A DNA stretch of 64,000 bases from assembly GCA_047967505.1 (NCBI GenBank), contig CM106538.1. The stretch is one strand, 5' to 3'. Source of the stretch: Dipteris shenzhenensis. Its lineage: Eukaryota. A program made the translations under genes and the position numbers. Shown in pieces: positions 50,270 to 62,319 of the stretch. Within the stretch, counting starts at the first letter, position 1. The number at the start of each line of letters is the position of its first letter. The notes under the pieces were generated by a model. The model was not told the origin of the DNA, did not search any database, and saw nothing but the letters and a program-made list of their open reading frames with translations.

Positions 50270-51673
50270 GTGCCAATGTCAATCTAGTTTTTGAATGGAT
50301 AATAAATGAAAATCCATATTTGCATCTGTGGGTGTTATCAGAGTCCACCGAATTGCATGCTGCTCAGCATATATGAATTTGCTTTCTTTTCACCAAATCA
50401 TGAAGTTTCTTTTCCAAGGAATCCTCAAGTAGTGTATTTGATTCATTCAAGTACGGTATATGTGCATCAATTTGATTTGATATAATTTCGATATCACCCT
50501 CCTAAATCCACAACATTATATGAGCATGCATTGATCCATGATTCTAGATCTCGTATCTCACTATGTGATGCTTGACTCTTCCTAGTAGTCCTTTGTTAGA
50601 TATAATATATTTGGATAAGAATCTTTGTAGTAGAACGTGAAATAGTAATGTGCATTCAACTGGACAATGTCTTCATGTGAATTTTTTATTGATTGTTTCA
50701 ACCATCGCCATTAGATCTTTCAAGTGCCATGAAGGGATCGACCCTAGTACTTGAAACTTAATCACCTGTTTCATTATCTCATGTTCAGATATTCTCGGAT
50801 TCTGTCATCTTTGTTTATCAATATCTCTTTGTAGAATTATCGTTTGTGTTTTGTTTGCAATAATGTTGCTTGTCAAATTTGGTACATTAGTAGCAAGTAT
50901 GGCTTGTAGAGTGTGAATACTGAGAATAGTGATCCTATTCTCTTTTTTAAGTACACATTTAAGAACAGCTTACCATCATAGCTACCATGTCCAAAAGGGA
51001 CAGAAATGGAAATAATGTTGTCTCAATTGTTAATCCATGAGAATCAGATAATCCATCTGTGGATGTAAAGATTTTTCGTTCCATGATTCTTGATGACTTA
51101 CACAGTACTACTGTGCCGACTTCATGTGAATCTTGTGTTTGAAATTGATGGGTTGCAAGTACTACATCTACATGCTCCAATAATGAGAGATAATTGTCCT
51201 CATGTGCAACTCGCATAAGATCAAAAGGAGAATCTATAGATTGTCTCTCTAGAATGTCCAATAGCTTCTGAGGAAACGACACTAGTTCCAGTTTCGGATG
51301 GGTCCTTTCATACATTGACAAGTATTTTTTGAGGATAGGATTTGTTCTTGAGTTGAAAGCTAGTATTTGCTCAATTGTTGACAATAGTGTCATTGGAATT
51401 TTTACAAATCCATTGTTGTCGATCCCAACATATTAAAGGATTGTCTAGTATTGATCTTCTTTGCAATGTTCCTCTTGCCAATGATTTAATTGCTTTAGAA
51501 ATATTGAAAGATACATCAATCACTGACAACATTTGCATTTGAAATATATATGCAATTAGCATATTTCGCATGTAGTCAGGATCATATGAAACTGAGTACA
51601 GCTTTCTAAAAGGAGATTTTATGCAAGCCTCACAATTCATTCTTTTTCTATTTCCTTGAGAAATATCATTCAC
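50270..51673 (-). mobile_element. degenerate Helitron RepHel N-terminal/Rep (HUH) region, Helitron2-like; helicase absent
   Basis: ETTLFPFL(F)PFGHGSYDG (frameshifted); *RHCPVECTLLFH..GLLGRVKHHIVRYEI*NHGSMHAHIMLWI (HUH at 50520-50528); LHDLVKKK/QIHIC..CKYGF. Confidence 0.85.
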
Positions 51674-52588
51674 TCACGCTTGTGAGTGGTGTGGGGCCGG
51701 CCCCTTAGTGGTTGACTTCCCTCGATCCTAGCAATCTCGGCTAGTGCTTGCCTCTTAAGCGAAGATCTTTTATTGCTAAGTATCGTAACAATCTCTGACT
51801 TGGCCCATTTATCTGTGAACTGAACATCGGGGTGATTGGGATACCTAGAGTGAACAACAGCGAGGGTATCATCAGCTAACTTTTTTGGATGGTCTTTGTA
51901 GTGAATAAAGCAATCTCTATAGTTGTTAGCAATTACAGAGCGCATGAAGGCCATGATGTCCTTCCCTCGTGCATCCATCAAGATGCCTCCTGTTTGAGTG
52001 ATGTCATAGTAAATGGTACCATCACCCTCTAGCACGTTTCCATCATCTGAATCATCCTCGTCCCCACCACTACCCCCCCAAAGCAGGTTGCCATGCATCC
52101 CCCACCGCTCTCCCTACTACTATGCATGTTGTCGTGTCGTGTTGAGCTAGTACGCTGGCCGCTCGTAGTTAGAGAAGCAACTCTCGACTGCACAGGAGTA
52201 CCCTAGCCACTCATAGCTAGAGAAGCAACTCTCGATGGCACATGAGTACACCGACGGGTCTACGAGGCAGAAGGTCCTCCTGACCACATGGGGAAGAAGG
52301 GGCTCGACTCTGTAACCGATTGGGCTGTCTCGACTCTGCTAGGGTAATCTCAGCTGGTGTGGGATTCGGGTGGTTTGGAGTCTGTACAGCCGACTCCTGG
52401 GGGGTGTTTGTAGTACCCGTCATGTATGTGTATATCTCCGCAGGAGTGGGAGGATGCCCCAAAAGGTTATATAACTCCCGAAAGATGGCATCCCAAAGAT
52501 CAGGTGAGGCTGAAGATCCTGGACACTTGAACTGAAGAAAAGAAAAGAAGAAGATTACCATCGAGCATGCCCTTGTCACGAGATGCAA
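51670..52588 (-). pseudogene. transposon accessory ORF fragments (TnpA/Transposase_24-like, tentative)
   Basis: Acidic stretch, then YKDHPKK..SRYP..KWAKSEIVTILSNKRSSLK..GRP; upstream Pro-rich exon-like piece. Confidence 0.35.
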
Positions 52589-52694
52589 AAGAAAAAAGAG
52601 TGACAGCTAGACATTGAGCAAGCATTTACAGACTCCTGCATTCTTTGAATTAGAGTGATAGAATTCTGTATCTGCTTGCTCAATGTCAGGCTAT

Positions 52695-53175
52695 TGAAGG
52701 AAGGAAAGAGAGGAGAAAAAAGAAAGGAGATAAGAGAGAAAAGAGAGGAGGGATAGAGAGAAAAAGAGAGAAGGAAAGAGATCAGAAAAGAGATGAAAAG
52801 AGAAAGAAAGAGAGGGAAATTACCACAAAAAGAGAAGGAAAGAGAGGATAAAAGAGAGAAGGGAAAAAGAGAGACAAGGTGAACCTTGGAAAGAGGGGAT
52901 AAAAGAGAGGAAAATTGAGAGAAGGAAAGAGAGGAAAATAGAGGAAAAGAGATGAGAAAAAAAAGAGAGAATAAGAGAGGAGATAAGAGAGGAAAATTAC
53001 CACGAAAAGAGAAGGAAAGAGAGGATAAAAGAGAGAAGGAAAAAAAGAGACAAGGTGAAGGAAAGAGGGGATAAAAGAGAGGAAAATAGAGAGAAGGAAA
53101 GAGAGGAGAAAAGAGAGGAAAATAGAGGAAAAAGAGGAGAAAAAAGAGAGAGAAAGAGAGGAGATAATGTAAGAA
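52695..53175. repeat. purine-only (A/G) degenerate tandem repeat
   Basis: Recurrent aaaagagagaaggaaagagagga units and a duplicated gaaattaccac..gacaaggtga block. Confidence 0.9.
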
Positions 53176-54300
53176 AATAGTACGCAGCGGAAGATAACAA
53201 CAAAACGCAAGTACACGATGGCCACAGAGTCACCATAGTCTTTAGCTCTTGGTCAGAGACTTGACACATGGCAACCTTATCTCAATGCCACATCATCTTA
53301 TCGTCTCATCTGGCCATGTCATCAATAGGTCAAGTCAGCACTACCACATCAGCATCCTAGTCAATAGTGTCACATCATCAGACCACTCAACTGCCACCTC
53401 ATCATTGCCACGTGGCACTCTTACCCCTTGGAGGCACACACGGTGCTCCATAGGCACTTCATGTGACACATAGCTACCACATCATCACTGCATGTGACTC
53501 ACCGTCACACATCATCATTTTGCACATTTCACTCTTTTTTGCCCCTCCACTTAGATCAAGAGGTATCTCTTGATCCAAGAGGAATTTGAGGGTGCTACAA
53601 AAAGGTGAAACAATTGATTTTTGTTGCTCTGTGCGCTCGTCACATCATGTGCACATTTCGGTGCAAGTATCACTCACTTTTGAGCCTCATCGATGAATCC
53701 ACTTCCAACATGAACATCAACCTCTACATCGACGCATCTGACCCAACACATAAAAAGAACCAAAGAAAATAAATTATTTGTTGTTCTTTCATCGATCAAT
53801 GGTTGGTATAGATCTAGATCAGAGTAGACTAGATCACCATAGAGGGGACGCTTTGAATCTCCCCAAGTTGCCAATCTAAGCCATGCACAAAATTCCCGAC
53901 TAGTACCTACTCGGAGTCAGTCCATACACTCACATACGGTTTCACATCATCACATTACCTGAAACCTAATGTTCATCAGTTCAATGAGTAGACTTAAAAA
54001 TGTTTAAAGGCATTGCCGATTGATCAGTGGTGGGCAGATAGCATATTATTTGATTTCACACACACATGCCATCCAATTGTAAAGTCTATTCGGTTATTTC
54101 ACAGCATTATGCACATCATTTTAGCCTTGTAAAGCCTCTTGGCTATTATCGGCATCATTTGCCACAAGCCTTGTAATTCAGATCGAATTATATATTGTAG
54201 TTCTATCGTCACTGATAGTTCATATTTCACTTGCTACAGTCAGTGTTTTGCAGTTGATTCAGACAGTGTTTTCACAACACTTTGAGTACATTTCTTGCAC

Positions 54301-57300
54301 AATGTCTACGACTAGCAACCTCAATCTGGAAGCATCTACTAAGCTAGACAACTCCAATCATGGCACATGGAAATATGAATGGAGACCATTCTTGTACTTA
54401 AGGACAAATGGGATTATGTCGATGGATCTACACCTAGACCATTGGACAATCAAGCCAGCAGTAGCTCTACTCCACCTGTTGTCACAACACCAACAGTGGG
54501 ATCTCTAGCTACACAAATAAATTTTTGCACTTGTAGTAGATCTTGCCATTGCCTGAGCACAGGCAATAGAATGGGATAAGAAAGATAAGTACGCATATCA
54601 TCTGATCAAGAAGAATGTGCAACATGTCATGCTAGGATAGCTCAACACTGTCAAGACATCAAAAGAAGCATGGGATATGTTCGCAACTCTCTACGAGTCC
54701 AAGAACACATCCAAGATTCTCACACTGAGGAACCAGATCAACCAAAGTTTTCACAACAGCAAAACCGATCATGCTTACATACTCAGGATCAAAGAATATA
54801 ACAATCAACTCGCAGCAGCAGGAGAGACTATGAAGCCAACAAAAATGGCTCAAGTCATCCTAAATGGACTAGGAGAGGGATATGGGAATCTAGTCCAGAG
54901 TATTGCCATCCAATGACAAATTCTGACACTAGAAGAAGGACTTCAGTCAGTCTCACTTTGGTGAAAAACTCAGGACGCAAGCCATTCATGCATGCAAAGG
55001 TCATTCTAATGATCAGGCATTCACAGCTTTAAACAGAAGGAGAGGCAGAGGCAGACAGACTTGGTAGATCATTCTAGAGAAGTGGTCATCATCAGTAGCA
55101 GAGTCATCAGCAAAGTCAAAATCCGCATCAACATCATCCTCAGCAACATCAATATCAGCAAAGAGGAAATCATTCCAACCAAGGAAGATTCCAAGGACAA
55201 GGGAATGGATCCACCAACGTGTCAAACATCCAATGAAACTACTGTCATAAGTTTTGACACTATGAAAGAGATTGCCACACAAGAAGCAGTACAACCAAGG
55301 TGGTCAATCTAGTAGCAATTGAGGGAATTTCTGCGGAAGAGGAAATCATCGTGGTGGACATTCTAGTCAAAATCATTTTGCAAATGAACACGGGAATATG
55401 TTTCTTGCAAATAAGGAAATGCAGAATATTGATACAGTGTACCTAGACAAGTGTACCTAGACATTGATTTCAATAAAAAAGAGGATTTCAGCTATCAAGT
55501 TGACCAAGTAGATCAGGATCCATTGGTACATCGACAGCGGTGCATCATCTCACATGACAAATAATCACGAATGGTTCACAGAATTGAAACCATTAGAAGG
55601 TCAAAAGAATGTTATTTACCTAGCTGATAATACACCGAATCCAGTTCAAGGGACATGCATTATCCCTATGAACAATTTAACTGATATGAAAGGATTGGTG
55701 AAAGATGTACTCTATGTTTCAAAGCTTAGCAAGAACCTCTTATCAGTAGGTCAAATGACGAAACACAACTATCGATTCGTCTTCAACGGAGATGAATGCA
55801 CTATCAGAGATAAATCCAAAAGATTTCAGCTAGTAGGAAAAGGTGTCAAGGAAGCACAACGCTTGTACAGAATGCTAGCTACAGTACCAGATATGCATGC
55901 CATGTTAGCTCAACTGCAACAGATTCCACTATCTGCAAAATGGCACAAGAGATATGGTCATATCAATTTCAAGAGCTTACTAGATCTCAGGAATTAGAAT
56001 ATGGAAATTGGGATTCCAAAGCTATAGTTTCTTGGAAAAGTTTGCGAAGCGTGCTGCCTTGGCAAAAAAAAGCGAACCAACTTTAGTAGAGGTATCTCTT
56101 GAGCACGAGGTATTCTTGATTTGATACATACAGATGTATGGGATTATGCCCAAACCCGCAGCATCAATGGTTCACTTTACTACTTGAATTTCATCAATGA
56201 CTATAGTAGATATTGTTGGGTCTATTTTCTGAAAGAGAAATCTGAAATGTTTTCTAGATTTCAAGAATTCAAAGACATGGTAGAAAACCAGACAAGCAGA
56301 AGGATCAAAGTCATGAGATCAAATAGAGGAGGTGAATGCATGTCTTCAGCATTCATGAAATTTTGTAGAAGTCATGGCATTCGAACACAATTCACTTGTG
56401 CAGATACTCCTCAGCAGAATGCAAGAGCTGAAAGGAAGAATGGTACTAGAAGATGAGAAGCATCTTCCGAATTAGTGAGGAATTAGTATTGGGCAGAAGC
56501 AATAGCCACTACAAACTACTTGCTTAATTGGCTTCCTACTGAACTGATTCAAGGTATGACACCTTATGAAGCATTCACTGGACATAAGCCACACATTGGG
56601 CATCTCCGCATATTTGGTTGCATAGCATATGCCCACATACATGATCATCATCATCGCAGGAAATTGGATATGAAGTCATGCAAATGCATCATGGTTGGCT
56701 ACAGTGAAGAAAGCAAAGCATGCAAGTTGTATGATCCCATCAGCCACAAGGTCATTATCTCCAGAGATGTAATCTTTGATGAGGAATCAGAATGGAAAAC
56801 CTCAAACACATAGGAGATAGACGCATCGATTTCACACTCATCTATAGAAACGGTTGATGAAGAAGAGTAAGAATTGCCAGAAACACCCCAAGCAAAGCCA
56901 CAGCAGCTCAGATGGTCTACTGGTTGAAACCACCACCTATGCTCTTATGACTACCATCATGGCTGCAGAAGAGCTAGTGTACTTTGAAGATGCAGTTGAT
57001 AGCCAGAATGGCAAATTGCTATGAATGAAGAAATGGATGCTTTGTATAAGAATGATACTACGGAATTATGCAACCTTCCACCAAGAAAGAAGGCCATACA
57101 AACAAATGGGTATACAAAGTGAAGTACAATCCAGATGGAAGTATTCAAAGATACAAAGCCAGACTAGTTGCAAAAGGATTTGCACAGCAATATGGTCAGG
57201 ATTGTGATGAGACTTATGCTCCAGTAGCAAAGATGGATTCCACACGGTACTTGATATCACTAGCAAAACTCAATAAATGGAATATGTATCAGCTCAAGGT

Positions 57301-57365
57301 CAAGAATGCATTTCTCAATGGTTACCTAGACGAGGAAGTCTACATGCAATAACCTGCATGTTATG
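54301..57365 (+). mobile_element. degenerate Ty1/copia element truncated within RT
   Basis: Gag (KLDNSNHGTWK, WDYVDGS), protease (WYIDSGASSHMT), WHKRYGH, HTDVW, integrase, KWVYKVK..YKARLVAKGF..KNAFLNG; many stops and frameshifts. Confidence 0.93.
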
Positions 57366-59569
57366 TTAGCACTGACCCTCCAAAGTCAAGGGTATCATAC
57401 TTCTCTGCAAGCAATGGAGATCAAATTCGGTAGAGGCCCAAATTAGGGATGCCTTCAAAAATAGGCAATAACTTCATAGTTGATTTTAGCTGCTGCCTCT
57501 TTAGAAGAAATTTCTTGGCTTCAATCCAAAAACTCAAGGTTGAAGGCAAAAAAAAAAAGTGCTCTAGGACGAGCTTCGTACTTCAAGAAGATTGAATAAC
57601 TAATGGAGATGTGCTCGGTGCTAAACAAGCACCTAAACAAAAGGCCATGCCAGTGTAGACCAGATGATAAGGATGACCTATGCAGGTCAAGGAGGCCACT
57701 GGTTTGCTCTGCATATGTCGTCCACTATGTACATCTCAGCTACATCAACAAAGACTACGAGCTCTAAGATAGTTGTTGGCTAGGGAAGCCAGCAAGGAGG
57801 CACCCAACCCACTGTCGATTTGGCACTTGGTTTTGACGATGGGTCCACTGCCCATTCTTTATTTATTAACACCCACCATCCATGGGCTTGTACTTGGCCC
57901 CACTACTTCTCTAATTGGTTCCTCCTCTCTATGTTCACTACGGCCTTGCCTCCCCTTGCTGAGACATTACTTGCCACTATTGAAGTCATTCCCATGACCA
58001 TGTTCATGCCAATGAACATTTCATCAGCCATCCCAAGTAGGGACAACTTCATAGTCACTTACTGCACCATGAGAGTTGGCCCTATCAAGTGACCCAAATG
58101 TGGCATCTATTTCGTGGTCTTTAAGGTACCAACCCCGAGCACACATCATCCCTCTTGATTACTTTCCTACAGAAGTTTATTTTTACAACCATGCTATGCA
58201 TGAATTTGACCTCACGGTCAAGGCTAAGGTAGAGCGACAGAGAGCCACTTACAGAGTAGAGTTGATTGCTCAAACATTATTAAATTACTTTACATATCTT
58301 CTTAGGATTTTAGAATGATTGTTTCCTATTGTGGCTTAATCTATTAGAGGTGTGCCAAAGCCCCATCACCAAATGGATGGAGCCTCACGTGTAGCACAAA
58401 GGTATAAGTGTGAATTTGTGCACTTTCTGATGTGGTCAAGGTGATGGACCAATGTAAGGAAGAGTGGAAGAACCATCCTGATGACGTACTAGTAGGCATT
58501 AATGCCATATATCCTTGGCCACCACTAGTACCTCTTAGGCTTAGAGCTTGGTCCCTCTATAAATCCCCTTCCTTGTTTGTCGATTGCTTCTCAGTGACAA
58601 TGGTTTGCCACTCAAGCCTCTTTGTCTCACCAACACTTGAGGAGGTTTAGCCCCCTAGTTTCAAACATCTTGTTTGAGCTAGCCCATGATCTTGCTGCCA
58701 CATAGACATGGACACAGATGGAAATACATTGAGGAAAACTGTAGTATTTTGGTAGATCCATAATGCTAACTTTATTGATTTGTCATGGAAATACTTGCCT
58801 CTCCTTCCTTGCCTTTCAACGTCCTCTTAAACCATCTCCTTTAGAGAATTAAGCTCCTTCTCCAAAGCTCATATCCACCTCTCCAATAAATATTGAGCAT
58901 GTAGGAGTGTTTGCTATTGATGATAGTTTTGCAAAGTCTAAACACAATTTCCTTAGTTTTTGAAAGTACTTTTTCCCTTCCTTGATTGATTGAGTCTTTT
59001 AGTAGACATAAGGAGCCTCTCTTGTGGACCTAACTAAGGATTTCAAAGCATCATGCACAGTGGAGTTCATATTTTGAGAAGCTTGCAAATAAATTGCAGA
59101 GCACAGCCATGCATAGCGGCCGAGGAGTTGCCTCTATCAACACTTGAGGTGCACATTGCCATCCACTCTTAGTCTCCTCCATGTGGCTCACGACCATCTT
59201 CCTTTGTCTCTCACAAAGATCCAACCACGGAGGGAGAATTCCATTCATATAGTGAGTCCCATGGATGTTTTTATCGAAGCTATGTTTATATATTAATATA
59301 ATGGTGAAATTTGATTGAGCTCACTTTTTACTTTCACAATATTACTAGATAGTATATTTTTATATATTTTCTTTGGAATTTTGAAGCAAAAAATGTAAAT
59401 CTTGGCAAAACTTTAATTTTTTTTGCATAAAATTTTCAAATCTTGGAAAATTTTTCAAATATTTATTTTTGTTAGGGCATACAAACTTTTGAAACCAATA
59501 TAAAAGTTTAACTTCTTAACAAAACTAACCATCCATGATAGTAACAGAGAACACATATTAGAGTAGCCT

Positions 59570-61390
59570 CTATAGTAATTGCAAAGGGAAACTACCAAAG
59601 TCCGACCACCATTTGCCGACCACCATTTGTGAGTGTGGCAGTTCTGTACAAAGAGATATTAAGCACAGCTTTGAAATTTGGATCACCCTTATCTCTATTA
59701 GGTGCTTTCTTCCACTATTTAGAACCCATGACATACGTTGGCTCCTTACAGTAAAGGCATGGATATTTTGAATTGCCTCCTTTGCTTTTGTTGAGAGGTC
59801 ACCTGCCATTTGCCACTCCACTTGGAACTCACCTTTGCCTTTGACATGAAGATGCCCTCCTTGAACTTGATTTTTAATAATTGTTGCTAGTCCTCTGTTC
59901 TAACCTACCATTGAGAAATCCAAGGTTCTTTGAGTTGTGCAATTGAAGAACCAGACATGAAGATGCCCTCCTTGAACTTGATTTTTGATCATTGTTGTTG
60001 GTCCTCTGTTTTAACCTATCATTGAGAAATGTGAGGTTCTTTGAGTTGTGCAATTGAAGAATTAGACATTAATACATTATGCTTATGGAAAACCATTTAA
60101 AATCTAAGTATGTGCTTATCGCAAGTCAGCCCAACCACCAAATGTGCTTTTCTAATTGCACACTGGCATGTTTTCAGTTTGCTTTTGTAATTGATGGATC
60201 AAGAGCTCTATTCATTTGTGTGGTAGTCACTCATTCAATCTTTTTTTCCTTGACAATTTTTCATTGATCCAACTTTATACCAAATTTGAGATGTATTTGG
60301 CACTCTTCAAATGCAATCTCATAAAATTCAACCATTCTCCTTTGCACTTGTTGAACGTCGACAAAAATGTTGTTCCAACGATTATACACAGTGCCTCCCT
60401 CGTCACTTTCATGCACCCCTTCAATATGCAAACAAGGTCCAATATAATCATCGACTTGTTGGTTGAGTAGCCCTCCTAACTTCTACACTTCTGCATGCTT
60501 GGATATGAGCACGCGTTTATTCTCTGATCTTTCAAGGTTGATGACACTGCTTTGAAAATAGAGGTGTAAGCTTTCTTGCTCACTCCATTGTCATCAAGTG
60601 CCTCTTGGATTACATTCACATCAACTTTTTTGCTATCTACAAATTGTTGCATAGTGTTGCATTTGACTATTTTCTCCTCTAGCATACTTTTCGCAACATT
60701 AATTGACAATAAACCTTTCATTGGTTTTACTGGAACAACAAAATAGGATCAACATTCTCCTTTTGAAACTCTAGTATATTCCTACAACAAGCACACACAC
60801 AAGAGGTTTTCTATGTTAAATTGCTACTATCATTGAGTGATCATTATCTTTGTGTTGCATTTAAAATAGCAAAAGCAAAAGAAAATATACCTCGCTTCGT
60901 GAACTCTACGCTTGCATCCTCTACTACTAGCTTTCAATTTTGCAATGTTGCAAATTTTTCTATTTCTGAGCCTTATCTCGCAATGGAGTGCTTTCTGTTC
61001 TAGCTTTCCTCAATTTCTCCTTTGTCTTCGTGTATGCTTCAATTTTCTTCTATAGTTTCTTTCTTAATCTAGAGCTTTCTACTGTTTGTTGCATTGTCAT
61101 CTGTTGATACAAGTACTTTTGTATTTTTGCAACAACAGATTGAGTTATGACATATCCATGCAGTCGCTTATGTCATCGCCCACTAACTTCAACAATGTTG
61201 TTGGACTGAAAATTTCAGAAATAGAGTTTTTGATTGGATATTTTAGATAAATGCCTCCATCACACCATAAATCATAAGATGTAAGCCTTCTTTTCTCATG
61301 TTCTCTCTTCGCATGGTACCTAGTTGTGGATCTTTTGTCGTTTTTGCACAAGCGCGTACTAAATTGGATTGCTCTTCAATGGCATATATG
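59570..61390 (-). pseudogene. degenerate multi-fragment ORF of unknown, probably transposon, origin
   Basis: Co-oriented ORF fragments (61145-61351, 60476-60721, 59570-59821) with coding-like composition; family not recognised. Confidence 0.3.
59843..60069. repeat. tandem duplication, 2 x ~112 bp
   Basis: gacatgaagatgccctccttgaacttgattttt...gagttgtgcaattgaagaa occurs twice. Confidence 0.92.
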
Positions 61391-62039
61391 GTCTCATGCT
61401 ACCATTTTTTTGAGCGACGTCCCATTGCTTCACATCCTCATCATCCTTTTATAAAACAAAGTGTTGGCGATGATAGTAAGCCTTAAAAACAAAGATGTGT
61501 GGAGATTAATCACAAGATCTTGACACAGGAGCTAAACGTATCTATTGCCAACACGAGTCAAGATTTGCGTGAAATCTGCTTTAAAGAAAGAATCTTTTAG
61601 GAGCATTTAATGAGAATCCATTTTTGTGTATTTTGGAGGAAAGAAAAATAAAGAAATTATGAATGATTACAAGGCCCCAAAATCAGTTCTCTTTTTTCCT
61701 AATGTTGTGGCTTTCAAAGATGAAATCTTAGTCAAAATTTGTTCTGAGAATCCAATGGAGCCCTCTTCTGAACGTATTCTGAATAGTAAGCAAAGCCATG
61801 CTGAAGTTCTAATAACCTTCAGCCAAGCCATCCAATCACACTTGAATACTATTGGCCGCTAATTAGTGTTCCCTAGTTTGATTCTAGGACAACATACAAG
61901 AACAGCCCAAATGGCTGCCTAAAGTAGAAGAATGAAAGTACAATGTCTAATATATACAAGGCAAGTCTTCAACTCTTGAACTTGACTCTTCCCCAAATTG
62001 TTTAACATAGCTAGAGATTCCAAAAGTCTTCTCCCACCT

Positions 62040-62319
62040 ATGGCTCACCCTCCCCATTTCTCCTATGGCCTTTATCACCAATCGTACCAGGAAGAAATGA
62101 ATCTTGATAGCTAGCTTCTCACCACAATGCACATTATTATCATCATCACAATGCCCAGTGTCTTTAAGCCTCGCATGCATCTCTTTGCTTTGGGCATTTC
62201 TCCTATCCTCACCATATATATAGCATTATTGCTTTAGTACAACTAGATTTAAGGTCAGCATGTATCCCTTTGCTTTGGGCTTGTCTCGTATCCTCAACTC
62301 CAATGTAGCCTTACTTTTC
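62040..62319 (-). pseudogene. decayed E+/DYW-like deaminase remnant downstream of the PPR stop
   Basis: MHARLKDTGH..DDNNVHCGEKLAI resembles (LK..GY..E..LCG)H.EKLAI with the Hx of HxE missing. Confidence 0.5.

Noticed and set aside
52782-53269. Very hydrophobic F/L/S-rich ORFs resembling membrane proteins
   Set aside because: They are the reverse complement of a purine-only repeat.
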